A stretch of DNA of 63,999 bases, filler included, from Jimgerdemannia flammicorona (lineage: Eukaryota): assembly GCA_003990765.1 (NCBI GenBank). It is 3 parts of 3 records of this genome, joined end to end, with 100 filler letters (N's around TTAATTAATTAA, not from the genome) between each part and the next. Parts side by side here need not be neighbours in the genome. Positions count along the whole stretch, not along the records: positions 1 to 21,351 come from RBNJ01001472.1; positions 21,452 to 42,801 come from RBNJ01001473.1; 1 more part is not named here. One strand, written 5' to 3'. A program made the translations under genes and the position numbers. The notes beneath the pieces are model-generated. The model was not told the DNA's origin and did not search any database. It was given only the letters and a program-made list of their open reading frames with translations. Shown here piece by piece: positions 10,961 to 24,400 of the stretch. Each line of letters begins with the position of its first letter. Within the stretch, counting starts at the first letter, position 1.

Positions 10961-13900
10961 CTAAGGGTCAGTCATTTGTCCCCAACCCCACCCACTAGTC
11001 ACCGGCGGAGCTCTCCCCATCTCCCCTCTTCCTCTCCCTCCAAGGCACTCAGTCCTACCCAGTCCATAATATATCTCCAAAACTCCTCCAACACCTTGCA
11101 CTTGCCAAGCCAATGTTCAGGTGTTTATACTACTCCTCCCTCCTGACCAATGCCGAAACACTCCTTGCACTCGAATACTCCACCATCCACTAAGTACCCA
11201 GACTGATAGTTCAACATCATATTCTGCCATAGGATACACCACCACACTACCCAGAACTTGGGGGGCAGCCACTGCCTCACCCTTTTGCTCTAAAGCCAGA
11301 GTCCATTCCAATTCTACTCCTTGCCAATTCCAACCCTCTGTCAGGCTTTGGGCCACAGGTCTCCACTCAGGCCCCGCAGATACTCCAGACTCTCGCTAAG
11401 CTGAAAGTTCTCCACCAGAACACCACCTAGTAGAAGCCTGTCCCACTACCACATCTGCAGTCTCTAATCCTCCTCAGCTTCATCACCTTGTCACTGAAGT
11501 CCAATTTTCTTAGTGCTATCTACCACCCTCCACTAGAAGTCTGTAAACTGCATCCTCCTGCTCTCATCCATGGCCACCATCACAAGCAGGTCACCTGAGT
11601 CACCATGTAGAGAGTACCAAACCTCCCACAACCTCTGCATGAGTGGCACCCACTCCTGACCCTGAAGCTCACTCACCCTTCGCAACCACCAAGCTCTCAA
11701 ACATTGAAGCCACTTAGTAAAGTCCACTAAGCCCAGCCCACTCCTTTCCAAGAGCAGTGTGAGTACCTCCCAACCCACCTGGCTTTGCCACCCTCCCCAG
11801 ATCTATGATCTCGCCATCTTCAATAGCCCCTTGACTACCCAGGTTGGGAAATCCAAATGATATCCTACATACCACAGCTTTGGCATCTAATATATATTTA
11901 GCACCATCACCCTTCTGGTTAGAGATATATACTGACCTCTCCATCGCAGCAGAACATTTCCCCACTCCAGAAGTTTTCAGTCCCACTATGCCCAGAGAAG
12001 AAGAGATCTGAACACCGAGAAGTAGATCCCCAAATAATGCACTGGTTTGTTAGCCAGTACCACTGTCCCAATGACATCGCCACCAACAATTCCAGCACCC
12101 AGCACCAGAGTCTCGCATTTGTGCCAGTTTAGTTTAGCACCAGAACTACTCTCATACCATTCCACAGACCTCTGTAACTCCCCCACATCCACCAAGGAGC
12201 CCAGCCCAACCACCATATTATCAGCAAAGGCCCCCATCTTCCAATTAATCTCTAAAATGTCCAAACCCCCAATCAGGTACTGAATTCTGTCCAGTAGAGG
12301 CTCCAAGGAGAGGGTATACAATATGGGTGACAAGGGGTCCCCTTGTGGTGCCCCACATCCTAGGGGAAAGGTCACTCCCCTGTGGTTATTGATGATCAAT
12401 CTGCCCGACTGTCCACCAAGAGGCTGATCAATGATCCTCAGAACCCTGGGGAAATATTAATCCATTTCAGTACTCCCTCCAGCCATATCCTCTACACTCT
12501 ATCATAAGCCTTCTCTTGATCCAGAAACACCAATCTGCCATTCACCCCTGTCATCCAGATATCTTCAATCACTCCATGTACCCAAGCTGTCCCATCTCGA
12601 ATCAACTGGCCACCAACAAACCCACACTGCTCCATACTAAGTACCTGCTGAGCAATTCCTTGCAGCCTCATCACTAAGATCTTTGTCACCAGTTTGTGGT
12701 CTATATTGAGAAGCATGATTGGCTGCCAGTTCTTCTAGTCTTCTCACCTCTCCTTATTCTTATAGAGCAAGGAGACTAGCCCTAAGCACTGTCTCCCAAT
12801 CCAAGCACCAGACTGAAGAACTCCATCACACATAGCAGTCATTTCCTCTAGCACCTCGCCCACCCCAGCTATCTTCTGCCAAAAATCCCAGGGAAGTCCA
12901 TCCTCTCTTAGAGCTATCCCTTTGCTCATCGAGGCCATAACCCTGCAAATTTCCTTGTTACTCACCAGGTCCCCCAATGCCCCAAGGCCCATCGCAGGGT
13001 TTGGGTGCCAATCCCCCAGCTGCCTTTCAATGTCCAGAGCATCCACTCCTCCTTCCTCCTCACTCCATAGATTCTTCCAACTGGTTCTCAATAGGCCTAG
13101 AATCACCAGAGTCCCCACCACCAGCTCACCATTCACATCCAGAACTCTCTCCCACTGCTGCTTTGTTCATTGTGCTTGTAACAACCATGACAAAAACCTA
13201 GTAGGCCTCTCTCTCTCCTCAAGCCCCTGCTACCATAGTTGGGCCACCATTCCCTGCAGCTTCACCTCCTCCTCTCTTCATAACACTCCTTTAAGCTCCT
13301 CTACCTCCTGCCGGATTCTCACAATATACCAATCAGTCACCTCCCCATCTTCCAGTATACCTGCCTATCTCTCCATGAGTGCTGCCAGATGCCATGAGGC
13401 CCACAGCACTTTCCACCTTCACTGGGTACACTTTCCTTTCTCTGCTTCTCTCTAATACCCCTGAGCATTTGCCTTCAGTCTCCTCCAGCAGTCTCCAATC
13501 CTAAGGCCTTGTTCCCACCACCTACCAATATTCCTAACCACCTCTGTTTCCCAACCCTCCCACAACATTTTATTCTTCAACAAGGAAGAATTTAGCCACC
13601 AATGTTTAGGTCTATCCTTACTTCCCCCAAACCTCTCCCCTCCAAGCAGCCCCCAGTGATCAGACCATGGACACCAAACTACTTCTAGCATCAACCAGAC
13701 ATCTGCTCCCCAACACTCCGCTGTCAGAACCCAGTCAATCCTGGAGCCCAGCCCTGCTACCCAGTGGATGTATACCCACTGATCACTCCAAAAATGCCTT
13801 CTCGAGTCCACTAAAGAACTCAACCTCTCTGTCTCCAACCAGTTACCCAATCTACCACTTTTGCCCTGCATGCCTCTCCCTCCATCAGTTCTATCTATCT

Positions 13901-15208
13901 CCTTATTCTGTACCATGTTGAAGTCACCCCCCATACAGTCCAGCCCAACCTCTCCCAATACACCAGCCTCTTTCAACCTGTGAATCCAATCCACCCTCTC
14001 CCCTCTCTCAGCTGGGCAGTAATAAGACCCAACTGTCAACGAGCCCCATCCAGGCCTCTTCCATATTCCCCACACCACTCAAGACCCCTAATGTCCAATG
14101 TCCTCAATGTCCCCTATCTCTTTCCAAATGAGAATACATACTTTTTCCCTCCATACTGCCACACTCCCCCATTCCTTAGTCCAATCCTGTAAGTCCACAT
14201 CTGTCTCATAATGAATATCCTGTAATAAGAAGAGGTCCGCATCCAGTCCTTTAAGTCATCCAAATATATACTTCCTCCTAGCCACCCCCCATAACCCATT
14301 AATATTCAAAGAGAATATCCTGGTTGTACTGTTCATATTGAAAGAATGTTGCAATAGAGACCCCAGCCTAGAATTCCATGCTCATCTCATCCCCAGCCAG
14401 ATCCAAGCACCATTCAGCTTCTAAGTCACCCTCTGCATTAGCCTGAGCATCCAGTGCCTTCAAGATTTCCTGACATTCCACCCCATCCACTACCTCCATC
14501 TCCAACTGATAGTCCAAGCAGACTGCATGCCACTTCTCCAGTCCCTTCCTTGAGTTCCACAAGAATAGTGCCCTGTCACTTGCAATCCTCCTAAGTTTCT
14601 CCTCTCTCTGATCGTTGACTTGATATTCAACTGACTCTAGAGAACAGCCAGGATCTTATTTCTCATCTTCCTCACACCTCCTCCCCCTATAGGATCTCCT
14701 CCCAATGCCTCTCTTCCATCACCCTGAAATCCTCACCCCCCAGCTCTTCAGTTGCTATCCCTTCCAGAGTCTTCCACATCCACTTCTCCTCATCCACTGT
14801 CTCTGCCACACTCTGAGCGATTTGTCCCCCATCTACCTCAGGGTCCACCAGTATGCTCCTCCTTACTGACTCATCCCACTCCTCATCTGGCACATCCAGC
14901 AGCTCCTCCTCTCCCTCAGCTCCACCCAGGACACTATACTGGGGGCATACACCTTTACTCATATCCACATCTGCCTCCATATTGTCTTCCCTCTCCTCCT
15001 CCACTCCCAGCTGAGCCCTACTCCAGGCCCTTTCACCCCCCTTAGCTCAGGCACTCTCCTGCAATCCCACAACCCCCTCCTCTGAGCTTCCACTGGCTCT
15101 ACCTCCACTCAATCTTACCAGCAGCTCCTTCTAGATTTTCCTCTCCTGCATCTTCTCCCAGGCCCTCTTCTCCATCCAGACCCTCTTCCCATCCACCTCC
15201 CCCACCAC

Positions 15209-18200
15209 TGTAAGAGGGTTACTTTTTAGGGTGACTGTTACGTAGTTCTGGAAGGGTTTTCTGGATATTCTAGATGTTCTGGAAGACTGTTTTCTTATGG
15301 TCAAGATCAATTTCGTATGGAGTACATCCTCTACACTTATTGATTTCAAGATTGGGTTGACGTCTCAACCAAAGTCCTTTTTTGGACTAGTTCTGGATAT
15401 TCAGAATTTTCTGTATTTCAGGAAGTTCAAGAAACTAAGACCAGCTTAGTTGAATTGGCATATCGCTGCAGACAATACCCAATTAGGAAATTTCGTGACG
15501 GGGTTAGGAGTGGGACCTAACAGGGAGCGGATTTACTTAAGAGTGGTTTGTGGGTTATAGAATAGGTTTATTTGCTATTCATAATATTGCTATACTAGGA
15601 GTAGTTGTGTGAAGGGATATTGTGGGGAAGTGCTCAGGAGTTGTATTCGGATTGTTCAAGTCTGAGATTCTGAGGTCTGGGAGAGGGGGTATTTATACTA
15701 GTGAGGGGCTATCTGGACTATGCTGAATATAGATGTAGCACTAAGTACCTTGCTGAGTCGGAATGCAGTCACATAGTATAAGTGTGATCTGACATGTCAA
15801 GAGATCATCTGACTGCTGAGTCAGTTCACAGTCATGTCATACAAGGCTAATCTAACTATACTATGACTGCTAGGCTATTTATGGGTTTAGGTGCTGTCTG
15901 GGTAGTCTTCGATGACATCACCATCGATTGCATCATCTCTGATGAAGTAGTCATCTAGGAAGAGTGGTTCGCGGATTACTTCTCCTTGTTGGTTGAGGTA
16001 GTAATACATTGGGACTTCATCTCTATCCCATAGGATAGCATCGTCTGTCTCGTAGGCTGGATAAGGTGTTGGTGGGCGGAGAATGGGTGTGTTGTCTTTA
16101 CTTTTATCAGATTCACTGTCTGTATACCTTCTATAAGTTACAGTACTATGAGTTGTGGGGTTATAGTATGCTGGCAGCTGTTGTTCATGTTGCTCGTACT
16201 CAGGTGGTGGAGTGGTTGGTTCGATCTCGAGGGTTGTCTGAAGGTACAGGTTGTGTTCTCTGGTCTCTTCATTATAATTGAAGTAATCGGGGGTAAATGT
16301 GGGTTGGTATTTGTGCTAGTGGTCATTGTCCCAATAAGTCTCGTATGCAGTTATGAACTATTGTAAGTTCATCGGCAAGGTTGGCAGAGTGATCAGGGTT
16401 GGCAGAGATCCTTGGCTTGAGGTCATATCGGCATCAGAGGGATTATTGTCTTCTGCTTCATCTTCGTCAAAGTGGATTATATCATAGACGTCCTTTATGG
16501 CATATCCGACTTAAGGAATTTGTAGGATATGGTCATCAGGGTGCGGGAAGGTTCTATTTGTGGTTTCAACATACTCGAGGTACTTGTGATTGAGTTCTTG
16601 TATCATGTCATCGATTTGGCTGTAGGATAGGGTAGTAACCATTTCACTGGTAGTGACTCAGAGGCGGGAAATAAAGGTGTTGTACTCATAGAAGAGTTCT
16701 CGATGTTTGCGGGCGATGAGCTTCTGGTGTTGAGACATCTGGGTAATGTCTGTATCGTGGTGGTGTTCAACCATGTCTTCTAAGAGATGGCCAATCTGGT
16801 AGTAGCTTGATATTTGTCCAATCTAGTGGGCCTCATTAAGCATGTTCAGGACATTCCATCGGGCTTCCACGAAGTAGAGGGATGCTAGGCTATGGATATT
16901 CATGAGGGGCAGAGGGAGTATAGCTTGGTTGACAATGGCATTCCAAATGTCAGCACGGATATGGTTATAGATCTCAGTGGTCATGTTTGTATGTTTGGAA
17001 GTTGTAGTTGTTGTTTGTTTTGGTTTTCTGATTCAACGCATCTTGGTGCTCGGTATATATGCATTTGGTCCTGATTGGTAAGGTTCCGTTTGTGTAGATC
17101 TTGTGTTCTGTGACTTCGTATTGACTCAGCTTTGTACACTGTGACTTCGGTTTGACTCAGCTTCGTGATCAAGCAGGTGATTTCCAGATTTGTTCAGAGA
17201 TTGCGTGTAATTTCAGTGGCTTGGAGGTTGTGTGCTTACAACTCTCCCCTTCTTAGCTTTCGACATCCTCATCGGGGCCTTCTAATTTGTTCTATTGTTG
17301 TTACACCATTTGGAAGGTCAAAAGTCTGGTAAGGTCCATTTTCTCAGAAAGTAGCATACTCATAGTACAGTTGCCTAACACGTTGAATTCACACATTAAA
17401 GAGTCATGTGTTCAATGCCATATGCCGGAAGTGATTCTGACATCATTTACTGCTGGAGAATTTCCTCTAAGGAATCTTCTTAAATGTCTATGCCTTGTTT
17501 CCCACCAGTGGTACAGGGAGAATAGGCTTGCTTTCAGTTTTGCTATTTTTCCAGGAGTTCAGTATTCTTGTCTTGTTTTGCTGAGTTCTTGACTTGGTTC
17601 ATGATAGTTATAATGTTCAGGAGAGTAATATGTAGTATATATGGATAGGTACAGAGTATTTGGTTCTAGTTGTTCAAGGAATCATATTCCTGAACTAGAT
17701 CAGTAGCATTCTGGAGATTGGTCTTGGGTTCCCAGGTTGTATCGTGAATCGGGTAACCTTTCCATTTGACAAGGTACTCAGGAAGGTTCTTGTTACCATG
17801 TTTGTTGAGGATTTGTTCAACTTCGTATTCTTCTTGGTCATTAATGATGACAGGTATAGGTGGTTTGGTGGTTTGGTTTGGAAATAGCTTGTCATCATTG
17901 TCATTGTATCACTTGAGACGTTAAACATTAAAGACTGGGTGAATCTTAATGGTGTCTGGTAGCGCCAGTTTGTAGGAGGTTGGAGAGACTCATGTAATGA
18001 CTTCAAATGGTCCAATAAACTTGCTGTTCAGCTTTGTAGATGGTCTGTGCTTGAGGTTGTCAACTTGGTATTCTCTGATATCTAGTAGAACTTTTTCTCC
18101 AATGTCAAAGGTTTCTTCTCAGTGGTGTTGGTTAACATACTGTGACTGTTGTTCTTGAGCTTATGATAAATTCTCAATTGCGATCTGGCTTAGATTGCAC

Positions 18201-21200
18201 ATTTGGAGTAGGAATTCTTCAACAGCTTCGACTGTGGAGGGTTCATCAATAGTTCAGATAAGTGTCAAAGGGGTGTTTGGGTTTTGTCCAGTATTAGCGA
18301 AGAATGGGGTCATTCCAAGAGAGGCTTGCTTGCTATTGTTATAGACAAACTCGACTGCAGTGAGATGTTCATACCAATTATCTTATCTGTAGGAGACATA
18401 GTTCCTTAGCATTTGTTTCAGAGTTCAGCTCATTCTTTCGGTTTGGCCATCAGTTTCAGAGTGAAAGGCTGTAGATAGTGCAAGTTTTGTTCCAAGGTAC
18501 ACATGGAGGGCTTTCCAAAAGTGGCTGGTGAATTTTGGATCTCGGTCACTAACAATGATCCTAGGAAGACTATGATAGCGGAAGATGTTGTCAAACAAGA
18601 GTGTGGCTATGTCTGGTGCTGTTGCAGTAGTGGTAGTAGGCACAAAGTGGGCTTGTTTGCTGAGATAGTCCATAAAGACAACAATTGCATCTTTCCCATT
18701 CTTGGTTTGGAGTAGTTATACAATAAAGTCTATAGAGATTTGTTCCCAATTTGCGGATGGTACTGGAATAGGGTGAAGTAAGCTGGGTTTTGCTAGTGTT
18801 GAGGACTTGTTTCGTTGGCAGGCATCACAGGAAGTGATGTAGGTTTTGAGCTGATCTGCCATGTGGGGCCAATAGAAGTTTCGGGAGATAACTTCGTAAC
18901 ATTTATCAAATCCTAAATGTCCAGCTGTAGGGGCATCATGACATTCGAATAGGATAGTCCTTCGGAGGTCTCAGTTGTTTGGGACATACAATCTGTCCTT
19001 GTAGTAGATAGCATTGTCCTTGAGTTGGTATTAATTGTATCAAGTATGCTTGTTATCATCATCATTGTTCAGGATTTCTCGGAGTGCTTGAGCTTCTTTG
19101 TCATCAACACATGCTGTGATGATTTGTTCCATGATAGTGTTGGTAACCAAGGTCAGAGTTTGGATAACCTCTTCGATTGGTGGTCTGGAGATTGCATCGG
19201 CAACAATATTTTCCTTACCAGGGTGGTACTGGATTTTATAGTCAAAGTTGGTGAGAACTTTCATCCATCTAGCTTGCTTTCAGGAAAGGGTAGCCTGTGT
19301 CTTGATGTTGACTAATGACTTGTGGTCAGTCAATACAGTGAAGTGTGCTCCTTCTAGATATGGTCGCCATTTGATCAGAGTGTCTACAATGGCTAGCATT
19401 TCCTTCTCATGAGTTGCATAGTTGATTTCGGCATCATTGAACTTGCGGGAGTGATAGGCCACAGGGTGTCCTTCTTGCATGAGCACTGCTCCAAGAGCTA
19501 GGTCAAAGGCATTGGTAGTGACTTCATATGGTAGGGTGGGATTTGCCGCTTGAAGTACTGGTGTGGTTATCAGGGCATCTTTCAGTGCTTGAAAGGTGGT
19601 ATCTTGCTCGTGTCCCCAATTTACAAGATTGTTGAAGTCCTTCTCTTGTTTCATGGTCCAGGGTTGTTCTTGTTTCTTATTGTGCTTGGTCATTTGGGTG
19701 AGGGCAGTAGCGATTTTAGCAAAGTTGGCAACAAATCGCCTGTAATAGTTTGCTAATCTCAGGAATGACTGGAGGTCTTTCAGCTTCTTGGGTGTCGGCC
19801 AATCTTTGATTGCAGAGATTTTGCTGGGGTCCACTTTGATTCCATTTGGAGTGACAATGTATCCAAGGAATTGAATTTCTTTCAGGAGAAATTTGCACTT
19901 GCTGAGTTTTGCAAAGAGTCGGTTTTCTTGGAGTTTCAGTAGTACTAGTTCAAGGTATTCAAGATGTTCCTCCAGGGTTTTGCTGAAGACTAGGATGTCA
20001 TCAATATAGACAATAACGAATTTGTCTAGGTATGGGTGCAGAATGGTATTCATCAGTGTCTGGAAGGTTGCTAGAGCATTAGTTAAGCCAAAGGGCATAA
20101 CCAGAAACTCAAAGTGTCCATAGTGAGTTCGGAAAGCTGTCTTGTAGATGTCTTCTTCTTTCATGGCAATTTGCCAGTAACCATTTCGCAGGTCAAAAGA
20201 GCTCATGAATTGTGGGTTGGTAAGTCTATCAAATATTTCATCAATCCTCAGTAGTGGGCAACAGTTCTTGATGGTCTGTTCATTGAGATCGTGGTAGTCA
20301 ATGCACATTTGCAGGTCTCCTCCTTTCTTGACAACAAAGAGGACTGGCACACCATAGGGTGATATGCTGGGTCTGATGAATCCTTGTTCTAGGAGTTCAT
20401 CGATTTCCTTCTTGAGTGCATCAATTTCTCTCGGAGACATGTGGTAGATTGACTTGAAGGCTGGTTTGGCATCTGGGATAGTCTTGATGGCATAATCTAC
20501 TGTTTGTTTGGGCAGTAGGCCTTTCGGGAGCTTCTTTGAGAATATGTCTCGGAATTTCTGGAGTAGTGGTCTGACACGGCTGTCAACTTTAGAAAAATCT
20601 TCTTCAGAGTTCTCAGGTTCTCCTTTGGATGGGCGGATGGAGATGGCGAAGAGAGGGCATTTCTTGGCCAATTTCTTGAGTTGTAGCTTGTTGATGTGAG
20701 TGATCTTTGGTCCAGGGTCGCTAGAATTGAGTGGGTCCTTTTCGCCTTGTAGTTTGAAGTTGTGGCGTCCTTTCTTGATGGTCAGAGAATGGTTTACCCA
20801 ATTAATCATGGGGTTCTCTTGTTTTAACCATGGAGTCCCAAGGATGATTTCATTGTCAGGAAGTGGTACGATTTGGAGGGTAACATGTACTCGGTAGTCA
20901 CCAATTCGGAAGGGTAGATTGCGGACTTCTTTGCTAATAACATGTGAGGTTCTATCAGCTGTAGCAACTGCTTGAGTTTGCTGTACTGGGGAGGTGAAGA
21001 CCTTGAGTCTGTTGGCAGTCTCTTCATTAATGAAGTTGCCTGAGGCACCACTGTCTATCATAATCTTGACAGGTGCTCCGTTGACAAAAGCCTTAAGGGT
21101 GAGCAGTTTGTCTGATCCAATGGTGGTGATTTCAGTTGTAGGAGCCTTTCTTCTGTTGGTTCTTCTTTGAGCCAGTTCGTTGACACAAGAGAAGCAATTA

Positions 21201-21351
21201 TCGATCATTCGGGAAGAGTACATTCCAATACCATGAGGGCATTGGCCACTTGGTACATATCCATCTTCTATCTTCTTGTAGAATTGTTCTTCTTTGCTCA
21301 CAGTAGGTTGGGTTGGGGCCTTGTTTGATGAGCCAAATCCTTTGGATCCTC
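15209..21351 (-). mobile_element. Family A chromovirus copy A2 (3' LTR 15209-17240 plus pol; 5' part lost in the gap)
   Basis: LTR starts TGTAAG at 15209 inside LINE ORF1; PPT; chromodomain, integrase, RH, RT (YIDD) and protease (IDSGAS), including the 673-aa ORF 19280..21301; dUTPase C-terminus at the gap edge. Confidence 0.95.
15887..16984 (-). pseudogene. LTR(U3)-encoded accessory protein, copy 3
   Basis: Same start and stop; 1098 nt; no net frameshift; several internal stops. Confidence 0.8.
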
Positions 21352-21451
21352 NNNNNNNNNNNNNNNNNNNNNNNNNNNNNNNNNNNNNNNNNNNNTTAAT
21401 TAATTAANNNNNNNNNNNNNNNNNNNNNNNNNNNNNNNNNNNNNNNNNNNN
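21352..21451. other. Scaffold gap: 44 N + TTAATTAATTAA + 44 N (assembly spacer)
   Basis: The same 100-nt construct recurs at 42802-42901; TTAATTAATTAA places stops in all six frames. Confidence 0.97.
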
Positions 21452-24400
21452 ATGAAAGACAACTTTGTCATTCACCATCTCTATCTGCCCATCACTCTAT
21501 TCACAGATCTCTTCTACTAGATGGTAATATCACCCACTCTGGAGACTCCAACCAATCCACCACCCAGTCAGCAAATCTCTCATCAACTCCTCCCACCTTA
21601 ATAACTTCTTCTATATACCCCTCTTCAAACAAAGAGCCAATGTCCAGTCAACCCTATCCATACTGCTAAAACCCACCCTACAGTGAGCCAACTATTGCCC
21701 ATACCACTCACTAACCAAGATCTCAAATCCTCCCAGCGATCTCTCTCTCTATCCAACCTCCTCTCCACTCTCAGCTGGTCACCTACTGCTATCCAAAAGT
21801 CCCCCAGAATCTTACACTCTTCTAACCAATGTTCTGGCATCTGTATAAAACCTCCAACTTGTTCTACATTATAATACTCCTCACAATCTAATTGGCCACT
21901 ATCCCCCAGATGCCCAGCATAAAAATTCAACATGATATTCCTCTGTAGCATCTGCCACTATATCACTTAGAACTTAGAAGGAAGCCACCTCCACACCTCA
22001 GCACTCTATGACCAGACTCCTGCCCAGTCCCACTCCTCATCAATCCTTACTACCTACCAACTACTTGGCCAAAGATTCTAGCCAAGACCCCACTGATACT
22101 CTACTCCATCACTAATATCAAACTCAGCAAGTAGAACACTCCCCAGAAGCAGTCTGTCCCATTGCCACATAGCTGGGCCCCACAGCATCCCCCCCCTCAT
22201 TGCTTTGTCAGTGTAGGCCAATTCAGTGTACTCCATCTACCACCCCCCACTAAAAGCCCTTATATCTTAGCTATCAGCTTCCATCCAGACCCACTAGAGA
22301 GAGCAAATCACCTGAGGACCCTTGTGGGGAGAACCTCATCTCTCACATCTTCTGCATCAGTGGCACCCAATCCTGTCTCTGCAAATCAATAGCCCTTTTC
22401 AACCACTATACTTGCAGACAGTGCAGCCTCTTAGGAAAGTCCACTAGGCCTAGCCCTCTCTGAACTACTGGTATTGCCAGAGTGTTCTAACTTATCTAAG
22501 ACTGCCTCCCTGCCCAAATTTAGTCTCTAACTAGCTTCATCAGTCTCTTCACCACCTAAGCTGGAAAGTCCAAATGATATACAACATACTATAGCTTAGG
22601 GAACTAGTAGATATTCAGGATTGAAACCCAGTCTGCTAAAGAGATATAGTGATCTCTCCAACCTTGTAGAGCCTCCCCCCAGATAGCCACCCTCCTTTCC
22701 CACTACAATCATGGCAAGACAGAACTATATACTGAAAGAAAGATGCCCAAATATCTCACTGCCTCTCCTGTAGGGACAATTGTTCCAATGATATCCCCTC
22801 CCACAAGTCTGTTCTCCAGCACCATTATCTCACACTTATGTCAGTTGAGTTTTGCTCCAGAGTGTGTCTCATACCATTCAACCATCTCCTTAAGTATCTC
22901 AATATCTGCTACTGAGCTAAGTCCAACTACCATATCATCTGCAAAAGCCCCCACCTTCTACACTACACCATATATAGAGAGCCCCACTACCTTCTGTCAT
23001 ATCATATCCATCAAAGGTTCTAAAGAAAGAGCATAAAGGATAGGAGACAGTGGATCACCCCTGAGGAACTCCTCTTTCCAAGGGGAATGCCAGACCCCAG
23101 TGGCCATTACACATCAGTACTACCCTACTGCCCACCAACAGATTCAATATAGAAGTTCAAAATTATAGAGGAACACTGATTCTATCCAGCATCTTACCCA
23201 GTCACACCCACCAGACACAGTCATAGACCTTCTTCTGATCCAGAAAGACCAGTCTTCTATCCAATCTACAGGCCCATGCTTCTTCAATAATGCTATGAAC
23301 TCAGGCTGTCCCATCTCTGATAAGTCTGCTACCAACAAAGCCCTGCTGCTCCTTACCCAATACCTATTGGGCAATCTTCTGTAGCCTTGCAACAATCACC
23401 TTGGTTACTATCTTTCTGTCCATATCCAGAAGTATGATCAGTCTCCAGTTCTTCCAGTCCTCCCTCCTCTCCTTATCTTTGTACAACAGGGCCACCAACC
23501 CTAAGTCCTGCTCTTCAACCTACTTACTATTCAGAAGAACATAGTTACAGACACCATCTTCTTCCAAAAGTCCCAAGGTAACCCATCCTCTTCTGGTGCC
23601 ATCCTAAGCTTAGTGGCTACAAGAACTCTTTGGATCTCCTCCTCTTGGACTAGAAGGATCAAGTCACCAAGGCCCTCTACTTGCAGTGGTTCCCATTTCT
23701 CTAGCATTTCTCCAATGGTCTCCTCACCCTCACCCTCTTCCTCCTCACTCCATAGACACCTCTACCTCTCCTTCAGTATCTCCAAGATCTGTTGTGTGCT
23801 ATGCACTATTTTCCTCTCTGTATCCAGGACCCCATCCCATCGATGCCATATCCTCCTGGTCTGGAGGAGCCACAACAAGTACCTAGAAGGCCTCTCCCCC
23901 TCCTCAAGTCCCTGCCACCTCAGCCTGGCTGCTATCTCTTTCATATGGATCTCCTTCTCCTCTCTCAGCACCTGTTGCAGCTCTATCACCTCCAATTTTG
24001 CATGCTCCAACCTCCAATCATCAACCACTCCAGCATTTAACAAATCTGCCCATTCTATCTGCAGTCTAACCAACTGATTAGAAGTATACCTCACCCTTTT
24101 CCTTCTCTGCTTCCCTGCCTCTCTACCAGCCTCTCCCCAGTAAACCTGTGTAGTCTCTTTCAACTTCATCCATTGGACACTTACTGGCAAACCCTCATAT
24201 GTCCAGCTGGCAATCTTCACTTGTATATCCTCTATCCATGGGTCCTACAAAACCTTCTCAGCCAGTAGAGAGGAGTTAAGGCACTAATGTCCAGGTCCAT
24301 CTCCACTCCCCTCAAACTGCCTCTGCCCCAATAGGCCCCAGTGATCAGATCATGGGCACCACTCCATCTCTAGAGTCCTCCAGATATCTACACCCCAGTA

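Larger units (their letters stand above)
1..15208 (-). mobile_element. L1/Tx1-like LINE copy L1a-1 (segments 1-391 and 10961-15208), split by chromovirus A1 and interrupted in ORF1 by chromovirus A2
   Basis: Poly(T) at 1-33 is the poly(A) tail; 34-391 matches the reverse complement of the LINE 3' end near 52600-52950; RT motifs LDQEKAYDRV, PQGDPLSPILY, AFADN and EN motifs GGDFN, SRIDW, WSDH in ORF fragments 11986-14078; ORF2 ATG near 14336; the sequence rejoins across A1 as in uninterrupted copies (gacccttagttgggc, cf. 42711). Confidence 0.93.

Noticed and set aside
21396..21407. TTAATTAATTAA palindrome inside N runs (also 42846-42857)
   Set aside because: Identical, centred in 100-nt gaps and gives six-frame stops: an artificial spacer. 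Adjacency across the gaps is unverified.
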